A DNA stretch of 64,000 nt, taken from positions 310,001 through 374,000 of the forward strand of contig RSEE01000061.1 in the NCBI GenBank assembly GCA_003971905.1. Direction: 5' to 3'. Below the pieces are notes generated by a model, which was not told the origin of the DNA, searched no databases, and worked only from the letters and a program-made list of their open reading frames with translations. The stretch is from Moniliella sp. 'wahieum'. Lineage: Eukaryota. This document shows positions 36,635-49,721 of this stretch, piece by piece. A program made the translations under genes and the position numbers. Positions within the stretch are counted from its first letter, which is position 1. The number at the start of each line of letters is the position of its first letter.

Positions 36635-39600
36635 ATGGCAAAGAAGAAGGGAGGCCGCAAGGCCGCGAACGACGACTGGGAGGCCGAGCTGGGCGAAACC
36701 ATTCCGCCTGCGCAGCCCGCCACTGAGGACGCCGATGCGGCTCCTGCCCTGCCACTGCTGCGGCGGACGACGACTTTGGCGGTGGCTTGATGGCCAGCGT
36801 CCAGGCCGCGTCCAAGAAAGGCAAGAAGAACAAGAAGAAGAATGAAGTCAATTGGGACGAACTGGAGGCTGAAGCAGCGGAAATCACGGGCGAAGCACCG
36901 GCCCCTGCCCAGGCCAACAGGGGCAGAACCGGCCGCTGCCGCTCCGGCGCCTCAGCCTGCTGCTGCCGAGCCGGCCAAGCCTGCTGATGAGCCCGAGGTC
37001 CCAAAGGTACGTTTGCTCACAGTTGCAACACGCTGATGTGCTGACCTGGAACGCCTTTGCAGCTTTTGACGAAGAAGGAGAAGGAGCGCCTGAAAAAGGA
37101 AAAGGAGAAGGCGGCCAAGAAGGCTGCAGCCGACGCCAAGCGTGCCGCGGCGGACGCCCAACCTAAATCCGAACCCACCGCTGCAGGAGATGGGGCTGAA
37201 AACGATGATGATGCCGCTTCCAACTCGAAGGCAAGAATAAGAAGAAGGGTGCCGCGGGTGGAGACAAGGCCCCCGCCGGTGGCAAGAAGCCGTCGGGCGC
37301 ACTGGCTATGCTCCGCGCCCAGATGGAGGCACGCAAGAAGGCTGAAGAGGAGGCTCGCTTGGCTGAGGAGGCAGAACGCAAGCGGATCGAAGAGGAGGAA
37401 CGCAAGGAGCGTGAGGAAGCGGAGGCCAAGGAGGCTGCCGCTTGGCCAAGAAGGAAAAGGAGCGTCTCAAGAAAGAGCAGCTGCGTAAGGAAGGCAAGCT
37501 GCTCACCCCGGCCGAAAAGAAGAAGCAGAAGGAGGCTGAGCAGCGACTGAAGGCCATGATTGCTGCGGGCCAAGTATCGGCAGATGTGCTCGAGCGGCGC
37601 AATGCGCCCGCCGAGGGAGGAGAGAAGAAAAAGCGTGTCGTATATGACAATGGCAAGAAGAAGAAGAAGACGCCTCCTACAGCGGAGGAGATTGCGGCCC
37701 AAGAGGCTGCTGCTGCTGCTGCGGCCCGCAAGAAAGCAGAAGAGGAAGCTCGCCTCCGCGAGGAGGAGGCCCGTAAAGCAAGGCGGCCGAACAGAAAAAA
37801 CCCCGCTGACGACGACGATGATGGCCTGGATGACTGGGACGCCGAGTCGAACGAGAATGGTGACGGAGACGACCTGGACGATTGGGACGCTGACTCGGAC
37901 GAGGAGGCTGATGAGAAACCTAAAAAGACTGCCACGTCTGCTCCAAAGGCGGCGCACCGAAGAAGGCCGGGGCCAATGGTCAGAAGGCGGCTCCTGCCCC
38001 CTCGGACTCTGAGGATTCGGAAGATGACTCGGAGGAGGAAAGCTCAGATGAGGAGCTGACGACTCGGCAAAAGATGGAGCAGGCGCGGAAGGAGGAGGCA
38101 CACGAGCGTAGGTTGAAGCGGCACGAGGAGGCGATGCAGGCTCGGTCCAAGGACAACCTTCGTCGCCAATCTGTTGTATTTTGGGTCACGTCGACACGGG
38201 TAAGACCAAGTTGCTCGACAAGATCCGCCAGACGAACGTCCAGGAAGGTGAGGCAGGTGGTATCACACAACAGATTGGTGCCACCTACTTCCCCGTAGAG
38301 AACATCAAAGCAAAGACCCGGGTAATTGATCCGAAGGGTGAATTTGAGTACAAGATTCCTGGTCTCCTTGTCATTGACACGCCTGGTCACGAGTCGTTCA
38401 CCAACCTCCGCTCCCGTGGTACTTCGCTTTGCAACATTGCCATTCTTGTCATTGACATTATGCATGGTCTCGAGCCGCAAACGATCGAGTCGATCCGCTT
38501 GCTGCGTGACAGTAAGACGCCGTTCATTGTCGCCCTCAACAAAATCGACCGTCTCTACGGCTGGCAGGCGACCCCCAACAATGGTTTCCGTCTCAGCTGG
38601 GAAAACCAGAACCGGGGGACTCAATCTGAGTTTGAGGACCGCCTCAAGGCGGTTCGGGTGGCGCTTGCGGAGCAGGGCCTCAACGCCGAGCTTTACTTCA
38701 AGAACAAGGATGTGCGCAAGACCGTATCCCTTGTTCCCACTTCGGCTCACACGGGCGAGGGCATCCCTGACATGCTCCAGCTGCTCACCCAGCTTACTCA
38801 GACCCGGATGAGCGGTGCACTGATGTACCTCTCCGAATTGGAGGCGACCGTACTCGAGGTCAAGGTTATCGAGGGTTTGGGTACTACAATTGATGTCGTG
38901 CTAGCAATGGTATCCTTCACGAAGGCGACCGGATTGTGGTGGCCGGGCTGAATGGACAAGCGATCGTGACTCAAGTTCGTGCGCTGCTCACGCCGCAACC
39001 GCTGAAGGAGATGCGTGTCAAGGGCTCCTATGTCCACCACAAGGAGATCAAGGCCGCGATGGGCGTTAAAATTGCTGCTCCTGATCTGGAGCAGGCTGTG
39101 GCAGGCTCGCGCCTTCTGGTTGTCGGCCCGGACGATGACGAGGACGATCTCAAGGACGAGGTGATGGGCGACCTTACCTCGCTTCTCAACAGCATTGACC
39201 GCTCGGGGCGGGGTGTGTCGGTGCAGGCATCGACCCTGGGCTCGCTCGAGGCGCTGCTCGAGTTCCTCAAGCAGAGCAAGATCCCTGTATCGAGCGTTAA
39301 CATTGGTCCTGTGTACAAGAAGGATGTGATGCGCACGGCGACCATGCTGGAAAAGGCGCCCGAGTTTGCTGCCATGCTCTGCTTTGACGTTGAGGTTGAC
39401 AAGGACGCGGCTCGGTTGGCTGAAGAGCTGGGCATCCGTATCTTCCAAGCCGACATTATTTACCATCTCTTTGACGCATTTACTGCATACAATCAAGAGA
39501 TCTTGGCAAACGCCGTGCCGCTGCCGCTCGTCGCGGTCTGGCCCTGCCGTCTTCGCATCCTGCACGTGTTTACCAACCGTTCGCCGTTGATTCGGTGTGG

Positions 39601-39947
39601 ACATTATCGATGGATCGCTGCGCGTGGGAACGCCCTTGGCGGTCGTCAAGGTTGACCCGGCAACAAAAAAGAAGACGACGGTGGACCTGGGGCGGGTGGT
39701 ATCCCTGCAGATTAACAAGACGGACAAACAACTGGTGACCAAGAAGGAGGTGGGTGCCGGTGTGGCCGTCAAGATTGAGAATGACCACAAGATCGAGGTC
39801 GGCAAACAGATCCTCGAGTCGGACGAGATTGTGTCCAAGATCTCGCGCGCGTCGATTGACAGCTTGAAGGACTTGTTCTGGGACACGGTCTCTACCGACG
39901 AAAAGAGGCTGATCAAAAAGCTCAAGGGCGTGCTCGACATTCCTTGA
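36635..39947 (+). CDS. FUN12: Translation initiation factor eIF5B
   Basis: Lys/Glu-rich N-terminus; G1 [45 protein letters not shown] and [13 protein letters not shown]. Intron 37007-37062; many 1-bp frameshifts. Confidence 0.97.
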
Positions 39948-40122
39948 TTGCTGGGTTAACGTTTACTCTTGTCCGCCGTCAGATCCCATTGGTTATCTAC
40001 CCTACATTTTTTCCATACTATCGATCTTGTTGTTCGTCCAATTGGATTGACAGAAAGAAGGGAGCGCAGTAGAGACAACCAAGCAAAGATGACGTCCATC
40101 AGGGAGAAAAGAAGGGACAAAA

Positions 40123-41588
40123 TTAGAAGGCTTTGAATTTGGCGGCAGCACTGGCGTCGTACAGCTCCGTGGTAATTTGGAAGCCCCGTACTTGACCAAC
40201 CGCTCGGGCAGGGTAGGCCCCAAAAGCGGACTGGTCAAAATGCCGGGGGCAGGATCCTGTTCTGTGGCGGCTCGAGCGTCGTCAAGGCTACCTCGGCAAT
40301 GAGAGTGGCCGTCTTAAGGTACCCCGGGTCTGAAACGAGGCCACAAAAAGTTAGTAGCGAGGCCAAGTCAAGGCGTAAGAGAAGCAACGTACCTCCACGG
40401 CAACTCATGTATGTGATCGCTTTTCGCCTGTCACCGCAACGGCAACTGTACGCATATCGAGAAAACCCGACTCACCTCTACAGCCCCCAAAAGTTATATC
40501 CAATCGGAAACTGAAACGGAATGGGGGAGAGAAGAAACGTACGTTCCAGGTGAAGCCCAACTGTCTGGGAGCGCCTTGAACCAGCAAGAGGCGGCAAGTA
40601 GGCCATGAGGAAGGAATTGCCAAGCTGATGAGACTAAAGGAGCTGCCATCCACCGGAAGGGCATCACAGGTCCGTCATGGTATTGGAAACGATCCATAGC
40701 GGTACTTGGGCTGGGATTGGAGCAGCCCCCAAGTCCGGTTGACGATCCGGTTGTTGTGAGGAGAGAGAGGGAAGAAGGCCATGACATGGTTCGGCCCAAA
40801 TCCCAGGGCCGGTGTGACGAGAGAAGTAAGGATGCTATGCTCCCCCCACTCGGGACGGAAGGCGACAGGACATCCGCATACAGTGGCCGCATCTCCCATC
40901 GACGAACAGCGAGAGCCTGGCCGGAGCGAGGCGAAACGGTAGCCTCGAGCCCGGCGCGGGTCATTTCTACCCCCGACATGAGTGTTCCCTTGCTGATACC
41001 ACCTCCAACGCGCATGGAGCAGTAGACATCGGCCACGCCAGCCTGGCCAGAGACTTGTTGCACTTTTTGGGCCACGAGAAAGGTAGAGAGTCAAAAGGCA
41101 CCGCTACGCCAAACCAAAGTCAGTAGGGTGCAAGCAGAGGGAGACGAGGAAGAAAAAGAAACGAACAGTCAAACCCAGCGCTAGGGACGATGACTGAGCC
41201 GGCCTCTTGGGCAGTCGATCCAAATTCGCGCAGCAAGTCAGCGTAGTACCGGCTCTCGCCAGTCAAATCAGTGTAATGACGCTTTTGGCGCACGCACTCG
41301 GCCACCAGCGCGCGCGCATTGCACTTGCCAAACGGGCCGACCAAGTTGATCACCACACGGGCGCGGGAAACCATCGCCTGGAGCGACGACGGCTCGGCGA
41401 CATTGGCAACAATCGTGGGCACGGGGCGGGAGAGCTGGGCTTGGACCGCAGCGAGCTTGCTGGCGCTGCGGCCGGCGATGGCGAACGTGGGCTGGGCGGG
41501 GTGGGCGAGATACTTGGAGACGAGCAGGCCGGTGAATCCCGTGGCGCCAAACACCCACGTCGACCTGGTCGGGTACGGTCGCTGCCAT
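40123..41588 (-). CDS. Saccharopine dehydrogenase-like oxidoreductase (SCCPDH family)
   Basis: FGATGFTG, FAIAGRS..KL, VVINLVGPF, HYTDLTGE, PSAGFD, GGISKGTL, DPGYLKTA and PGILTS. Several intron-like segments; ends ..KFKAF* at 40123. Confidence 0.85.
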
Positions 41589-42020
41589 GGTGTGCACGGC
41601 GACGATGGCGGCGGGGGGGAAAGCGGCGGGGGCGAGCTGCTTTGGCTGCGTACTCAGGCTGAGTTGAAGGTGAAGGCTGTCGCGGCAGGGGCGGACAGCG
41701 GCAAGGCGTGAATGCAGGATGCAGCTTTCAAATTGGCTGGGCATGAACGTTGAACGTTCAACTTGATACTGCACGGTTGCATGTGGGCCAAGGCGTCGCT
41801 GATCCATAATCACACACCGTGATTCACGTGGGCTGTGGGAGCCCCCAAGCGCACAGCAGTGCGCGCAGACAGAAGCTGTGTCTGTCAGGCAGATCTCCAG
41901 TTCAGATGTCCATGATATGGATACAGGAGGCCATGGCGTGGTGTGGCTTACTCGGCTTGACATTGCTTCCTGCCCACACCACCTCTTCGGCTTCGTGCGC
42001 ACCCTCCGCCCCCCATCCCA

Positions 42021-42886
42021 ATGGGACTCTTTTCCCACTCGCACAAGAGCTCCGACGGCGGCGCCCCGCCTGCCCACCACAGCGTCGCCTGCCGCCGCCG
42101 CTCCCCGAGCCCAACAGCAGCCCGAGGACCCGCGCCCCCTCCCGCCTGGACCAAGCAGTTCGACCCGCAGTACAACCGCTGGTTCTACGTCGACACGCGC
42201 GCCACCCCGCCCCGCTCCATCTGGGTGCACCCGTTGGACGAGCCGGGCAGCAGAACGGCCCAAGCTATGCGCCTCCGCCGGGCCCGCCCCCGAGCCAGGC
42301 CGCGCCCCCGCGCCACGCACCACAAGCGTATCCGCCCCAGGGCTACGCTCCCCAGGGCTACGCGCCACAAGGGTATGCGCCCCCGCCGCAGCAGTATCTC
42401 CCCCAACAACCGCCGGTCGTGGTGCAAGCCCAGCCGCCCAGGCGCCATGGCTTGTTTGGTGGTGGCGGCGGCGGAGGAAGGATGGGCGGCATGGGCGGGG
42501 CAGCACTGGGCCTGGGAGGCGGGCTGCTGGGCGGAATGTTACTGGAGGATGCGATTGGTACGTTTTGCTAGTTCCCCTTTCTTGGGGGATTCGTTGTCAC
42601 CAGACTGACGATGGCGATGCGCCGGGATGCAGACGACCGTGAGGAAGAGGCCTACCAGCAGGGATTTGAAAATGGCCGGATGGAGGATAGCCATGACAAC
42701 GGCAACATGGACAATAACTATGACAACGGTAACATGGACAATAACTATGACAATGGCGACATGGACAATAACTATGACAATGGCGACATGGACAACAACT
42801 TTGACAATGGCGACATGGACAACAACTTTGACTCTGGCGGAGACTTTGGCGGGGGTGACATGGACTTTGGTGGAGGCGACTGGTAG
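42021..42886 (+). CDS. WW-domain protein, Wwm1-like, with low-complexity tail
   Basis: PPAWTKQFDPQYNRWFYVDTRATPPRSIWVHP (WW domain), YAPQG repeats, GLGGGLLGGMLLEDAI and a D/N/G-rich tail. Intron 42558-42603. Confidence 0.85.
42695..42829 (+). repeat. Coding minisatellite, 5 x 27 nt (DNG[N/D]MDNN[Y/F])
   Basis: GACAAYGGYRACATGGACAAYAACTWT five times in tandem, read directly. Confidence 0.95.
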
Positions 42887-44705
42887 GATGCTGCTGGAAT
42901 CGATCCCATATTTGCATCCTGTCTGTTGTTGGGACGGGAATGGTAGCACGCTCGATGGCCGGGAACCCGGTCGGGACTTGACCCTATTTTTGCAGCAACA
43001 GTCTCCGGCGATCGATCATCCACAAAGGTCGGCTGGCCCTTTTACATGAAATGCACAGCAGTATTGCCACCCCACCCACAACCACCACCGCAGCAACCCC
43101 AACCATTACGTTGTGCTGCTCATGCCTCTTGTTTCCCCTCGCCTCTAGGTAAGAGCGTGATCAGACCACTAACCCTCCGTGGAAGGGCAAGAGAGGAGCG
43201 ATCCCAGTCTTTCTTCCATTGGAGTGGGATTTCGAAGGCAATGCCGATCCCATGGCCTCCCAGGGAGAGTAAATGAACAGTGGAGATGAATGGTTTGCCT
43301 AGTGCACACGCTCAAGCCCGTACCCTGCGGTACTATCCCCGTAGTCCTGGCATGCGGCCCTCCGTCCGGCGAGACGGATCAAGTGATCCACTCTGGTTCG
43401 GTCCAAGCTGCTCTGGGTTTGAGACCGCAGGCTCAGCCTCAGCACAGACGTTAACTTGGCTTGGCGACCTCTATCGTATTGCATCCCGACTTCCCTTTGG
43501 TGTTGCTACTTTCCTTTCCCTTTCTCGCTTTTGGACCGAGCCCTCACACTCTCTTTTTCTCCCCCTGTGGTAGCCTGGTTGGGAACCAACTCGATGGCGC
43601 GGCCGCCAACGTTGTAACGTCTTTTCAGCCCGCCCATCACACAGAGCATGTACATTCGTGTTGGCCCTTCGCTTGTTTGCGCGTGGAAAACCTCTTTCGT
43701 CTGCAGCAGGCCTGGGTGGGCTGGGAAAAGATGATGGCACTGGCTTTTGGGTTTTCTAGTCCCGGTAACCGCCTTAGGCGCTCACACGTAAGGCCCTCGG
43801 CCCCATTTTCTACGCCCCCCCGGCTAAGTTGTATACTATGGTGCGCAGGCAGACACGTAGATGACATATGGGGCTAGTCGACAGACATGGCGCATTTCTT
43901 CCTGCTTTGCAAACGGCCGCGCAAGAAGGCGCGGAATGCATCCTTGCCAACCAAACGGGGCCGAGGTGAGACTGTTGAGGTTGTGACAAGAGCGCCAACG
44001 GGCTGGAGCGGCTGGAATCAATCACAAAAAGCAACCAGGGTCAGTCAACCATACAGAATGGTGCGCCAGGAAGGCGCCATGGGAGCAAGAGAAGCCTCAG
44101 CCCCGCATTGTGCGGCAGGAGGTATCGGCCAGGCGGCCGCCTCATTAAATCAGTTTTTGGAAACATCCTCGGAGCGGCTGGACACGACAACTTACCTGCA
44201 GATGGAGGCGGTGAGCAGCGATCCCATCTCCCCCCGCCGCGCCAGAAAAAGAATTTCGACCGCAGCGCGGAACTGAGTTCCAGTCTCCACCTCCACCGCG
44301 GGAGCGGAATCAGGTGGAGAGCCAAGCACTGCAATATTAGAAGCCAACGCACGCAGGGTCTCATGAAATTTCACTCGCCCTCGGTCCATATTGCTTCGGC
44401 CCAAATACAAACCCTAACCCCAGTCATTTGTCCTTTCACTCGTACCCGAGGGGGGGCAGCATCGATCGGTACGCGATCAGTTAGTTGTAGCTGGTCTAAT
44501 GACCCTCCCTGGGATTCCACCTGATATCGCCCTTCTTCTGCCCACCCGGGTACCCACCGTGTATCCATGGAACCGCTAACCGCTCGCTGCCGATGCTGGA
44601 CCATCACAGAACGGCTAGAGGTCATACTCGTATCTCTCTTTTTCTTTTGTTCATACGGCCGAAAAAGCCCTTATAATCATCCTGTTCAAGCGCGTTCCCC
44701 ACCTC

Positions 44706-46413
44706 TCACATCGCCTCTCTTGCCTCGTTGATCCTGGCCGATCCACTTGGTCGGATTGCCAAGGAGTCATCTCCCCAGTTCCCCCAGCGCTGCGGGAACA
44801 GAAGAGAAGGGTTTTTCCCTGTAGTAGTAACGTGTGTCTGAAGCTGAATCTGAATCTGGATCTGGGACTGGGACTGGCTCTTTGTTGCCTGTGGATCTGT
44901 ACTACTGAAGACGGCCATGAAGTGCCCGCGCTGAAGCTGTCTATCTCTTACAGCAAGCAAGCACAGATGATGTGGTACCAAAGAATGGCGGTGCGGTGTA
45001 CATGTTGGGATATACGTGATCACAAGGATCAGAAGAATGATGCGAATGCAAGCCAAGCGTGTGGGATCCAGAACGACGAGGCAATGCCCAATGTTGGAGA
45101 GCTTTTTTGGTGAGGCCTGAGGCCCCTGACGAGGGAGGGGAAGCACGGTTGATGGTCCGACAAGAAGCGTGCCCGGAACGGAATACATACCGCCTCACGC
45201 CTTCTCCGTCCGTCCTATCGCTCACAACCCTCCCGGTTCGTTGGCGACAGAAGCGGAGAAAGGGGGGGGAGGAGAGCGAAGGCGCGAGCCGGCGCGACGG
45301 CGAGGGATATGTGTTCCTGAACCCGGGAGCGCGCCGCTGGATCCCATCACATGACACGACGAGGCCGGAATGGAGAAATTCCAATCGGTAAAGGGCGCAA
45401 GGGGCGCAGGGTGCGAAGCGCTGCCGGTCTTCGTCCCCGACCCATATCCAGACAACGACGTGCGACGTAGAGTCACCGCATAAGGTGCAGTCAATGGGGG
45501 GGCATACGAGCACGCAGCCGTGGTACGGTCGACTCCCTTTCCCCCTTTTGGTACGAGGGAGCATCCCCGCGAACGGGAGTGGCAGGCATGCCCATGCCCA
45601 TTCCCATGGCGTATGAATAGCGGTGCCGTTGGCGATGGGGAACCAAGGTTGGGGAAGCAGCGCCGTCCAAGAGCACGGGCGGAGGCAGGGGCGCTTTAGA
45701 GGGACGACGGTTGTACCGCATCGCCGTGTTGCCCAGCGAAAGTCGAGCAGAAGCAAGTTCAGGATGCACCAGCGATGCAGGCAAACTCACCCGAGCCGGA
45801 TCTTGGGCCCCTACCGCTCCCGCACCGGCCCCGGTCGACGGTGGGTCGGGTGTCACTTCCGATTCCGACCCGGTCAGGTGTGCCCGAGAGTGGGCTCGGA
45901 TCGTGCCTCGTGCCCTCAGCAAAAGCGGGGGAGACCAAGCCTGCCGCCAAGAGAGGAAGCGAGGCGCGGCGCGAAAACGAAAGAGAAAGGCGACCCGCGG
46001 CGTTCCAATTGGGCACAGTTTCCCCGCCAGCGGCCCCACCGCGTCCCGCTATCCGCACTGCGACAAGTGGGGGAACAGTACAAGTCGCGCCCAGTGACCA
46101 CCTTGGAGCAAACAGTACACACGTTGTCCTCGAGCCAGTCGGTATCTGCTTGGGCTTTCATCAGTTCGGCATGAACCTCGGCGCTCGAGCGACGCGGCTT
46201 GCGCTGAGCGCCAGGCGGTCGTCTCTTGGTCTTCTTGCTCCCGTCGGGCAACGTAGGGCCGACAGGAGGACCTCCTCTCCCCCGGGGCGGCCGTTGGTTG
46301 GGAAGGTGGGGTCTCAGTGTGGACGGGGAGAGCTGATGTGCAGGCTCTGGTCCAGTCACACCTGGAGACACAGGCGAGGCGAATGGCCGAGCCGACTCCA
46401 CTGCCACGGCCAT
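44706..46413 (-). CDS. ECL1-family (life-span regulatory factor) Cys4 domain protein
   Basis: DTDWLEDNVCTVCSKVVTGRDLYCSPTCRSAD fits the C-x2-C..LYCS-x2-C-x3-D signature. The rest is Ser/Pro-rich and joined across frameshifts; the 3' end is approximate. Confidence 0.65.
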
Positions 46414-49400
46414 GCTGGGAGGGGTGGGAGCAAGTGCGGCAACAGGAAATGGAGACAAGAGGGGCAGGGAGCGGTCGGCAAAAGTAGCTGATGCGGCTAC
46501 GAAAGTGCTGTGGCGGTGGCAGGAATCACAACAAGTTAAGGTGGGCTGGGAGCAGACTGCAGCGTGGAGGCAAGAAAAACGCGAAGAAACGGGGAAGGGT
46601 CCATCGGCCCCCAGCGCAACAAAAGCGGGGACAAGCGGATGATCGATGAAGTCGATGAAGCATGATGCAAACGTACGTTGAACAACGGAGGAACCCAGAC
46701 GGCATGGCGCGGGGGGAGGGAGGGGTATATGGCGGTGGAGGGTCAGACGTAGGGTGGAGGGAACGGATGGACGCACGGGGTGGATGATAGGAGGGGTTGG
46801 AGGCGGCACACGTGGCTGCCCAAGGCTGCCCTCGGGCTCTTGTCACATGTCAGAGGGGTTGCAGCGGAGTGGCACCAAAACAGTTTTTGCCACATTTTTA
46901 GCTTTGGACACTGGAGGTCCGAAGGCAGGCGCCGTGCTGGCTGAGCCTTGGCATCAGCCAGTATCGATGACTAGCAGATCATCGATCATCGATCAGCGCT
47001 GAGCTGTAGGCTCGCTTAGCACTGAGCCACTGTGTAGCACCATGATGCATGATGCATGAAGCTGAGACACCCAGATGAGGGCGGCATCGGCACTGGCCGC
47101 ATGGCGGCCTAATTAAGCTAATTGGCCGCTGCAGCACGCCAGAGCACAGTGGCCTTGTGCTGTATACGCAACGCAAACGAGTTCTCCGTGCCCGGGTGCC
47201 AAGTGGGCGTCGGGAGGCGTCGGGCCAGCTGCTTCGTTGCCGTGAGGCGACACGAGTGGCCCTGAGGCTCAGGCTTGTGTGAGTAACTAGTGGCGGGAAC
47301 TGGTGACTAGCCCCGCTCCCCCGCGCCTGCCGCTTTTCTTCACACGCACGGCGGCAGTGTTCTGTAGGTGGCCGTTCCTGATTAATGAGCCGCTTGTTTA
47401 GGATACGACGAACGCTCGCCTAATCTCACGCCGCAGCCTCATGCCTCGGCCTCTCAAGACTACAGCGCTCACGCTTCAAGCTCAAGGCGCTCAAAGCGCC
47501 CAGTGCCAGGCCCCGCTCAGGTACCAGGCCCTCGGACGCGCTTCCAGCGGGAAGGGCGTTCGCGCCCTTGCGCGTCTGCTGCAATCGACAATCCACCATC
47601 ATCAACAATCATCTTGCACAATCCCAAATCCCCCCTGGGGACATCCCCCTATATATACTTGTGGGCCGCAACAGCCAAACTAACGACTGGTACGTACATG
47701 CGCCACCATCCTCGTTTTCTCCTAAACTCCCGCTCTGAACCACATGCCTTGCGGTGCTGAGTCTTAGCCTGAGCACTGAGTGAGCAAGCGCTCCGACGCC
47801 CAGGACAGCCCAACCCAATACGGAGCCTCAGAACTAGTATCGTTCACAAACGTACTACGCAATTTTCGTTTGAGCGTTGAACGTGTTGAAGTTGGTTTAA
47901 AACATGCAAGTTTATAATTGCAAACATCTGGATCATATATAGATGACCCCCGTTGACTTTGAGGGGAGGAAAAGAGCCTCGGCTCCCCGAGAGTTGTGCA
48001 ATAGCACGTCAAGAATACGCTTGCATGTGTTCATCATACTAATATGTGCCTTCCGATGCGCTGTATACGGTGAATAGAATATGGCTGTGGTGTTTGGGGG
48101 GGGGGACGGTGAAATTCTGATGAGACCTGGAGTCCTGGTGGTCCTTATTGAGGGTGACCGGTAGGGGTTATGAATAGACCGTTGAACAAGGAAAACAAAA
48201 GAGAGAACACGACGGATGCAAAACTCCTATGTCTGAGGAAGGACTGAAGGGATATTTTCGGCCAGAACACACGAGCCCACCCGCGCTGTGTGGTTCAATA
48301 AATTCATCGTCGAGATCATAATGATCATCATCTGAGATCTGTGACCTTGAGATCTAACCCCTCCTACCACATGTCGAAACTCTGTACTACGATATCCCGG
48401 CCGTGGGCGATCATAGCGCAGACGGATGTGCATTGGAACCATATCAACAAGAGGACTCGCTCTTCTGCTGTTGTTCGGTTCCACGTGTGTGCCGCTTGCA
48501 TTACACCTTACAAGAGAAGTGAGATTGGGTGTGGACACGAGGGAGGAACTGTGCCAACTTTTGAATTTGATCATTCCTAACCTCTCGAGGTACGTCGGAA
48601 AATAAGATTGGTTACACACTGGTCTGGCGTCAGGCTGTGATTTGCGATTCCTCCGGTCGGTGACCGTTACTCTCTCTCACACACACCACTGGTCCCTCGC
48701 GAGTGGGCGGGGGGAGGGGGGGTGAAAGATTTTACGAGGGGAAAGGGAGCAGTGCTGATGGATTAAAGAGTGTGAGCTGGTGGCAGCGGTAGTGTAACAT
48801 CAACTGGGCTCCCGAAACGGCGAAGGTAGTCACTAGTCAGAGGTACACTTTTCCAATGATTGGCAAGGTCGAAAAAAGTTAACGAGATTGTCTGACGATT
48901 GTAACAGGTACCATATACCATGTCTACGTGCAGGCAGTGCGCCGAAAACTCAGGTGTGCGCGGCGGTTACGATTATAATTTCTGTGTATACCATATGGAA
49001 GCTCTCGTTTTGGATAGTATATGAGAAAGACAACGAGGGAAAGTGTGCCACTGGTTTCGCGGCAGCTTGTTCTGTAAGCCTGTTGGCGTCTGTAGCTCCT
49101 GGCTTCCGGCTTTTGTACCTTAGTTCAAGTAAAAACGCTTAATCCATTTGATCAGTGGCTTCAGATCCTGGGGGGAGTCGGAAACTTTCTTCTTAAGCTT
49201 CTTTTGTCTGTGGGGAGACGAGAAGGCCATCAAAAATCGGCCACGCACTGGCATGGGCGAGAGGAGCAATTTGTTTCGTTTTTCCTCTACTCTTGTCCCG
49301 GTGGGTACACGCAAGGGAGGTGATGGCGAGCCAGCAGATGGCGGTTTTGGAAGGAAAGGACGTGTGGAGGGCTCCTGTGTGCGTCTATAGTACGTGTATG

Positions 49401-49721
49401 AGGGGGGAGGAAACGAGCAGAATGGAGCAGATGTCTTCCCACCTCCACTGCACAGTGGTAATTTTCGAGTGGTGCCACCAGGGCCCATGAGAGTGATGCA
49501 CAAGCAGAGATATAAAGGTCCCAAGCGCCCAAGGGGGGCTGCGATGCTGCCAGCCTTAAATCTCTGCTTGGGAAAAGGGAGCCAAACCAATGCTAGTTTG
49601 GGTGGAACCCGGGTGGCACAGCTTGACGGGGAAACAGTTCAGGTGAGGCCTTCTCTGGCTGGAAAAGGGATACGTGTAGCAGTCGTGACGCGTCATGTGA
49701 AAGCCCCAGAGGGGGGAGCGG

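Noticed and set aside
36635..39947. eIF5B and other genes as pseudogenes or programmed frameshift cases
   Set aside because: Frameshifts affect nearly all genes, with no consistent slippery motif and intact catalytic motifs; sequencing error is the simpler explanation.
42695..42829. 27-bp repeats as a CRISPR array
   Set aside because: The repeats are directly adjacent with no spacers, lie in frame in a eukaryotic CDS, and no cas genes are present.
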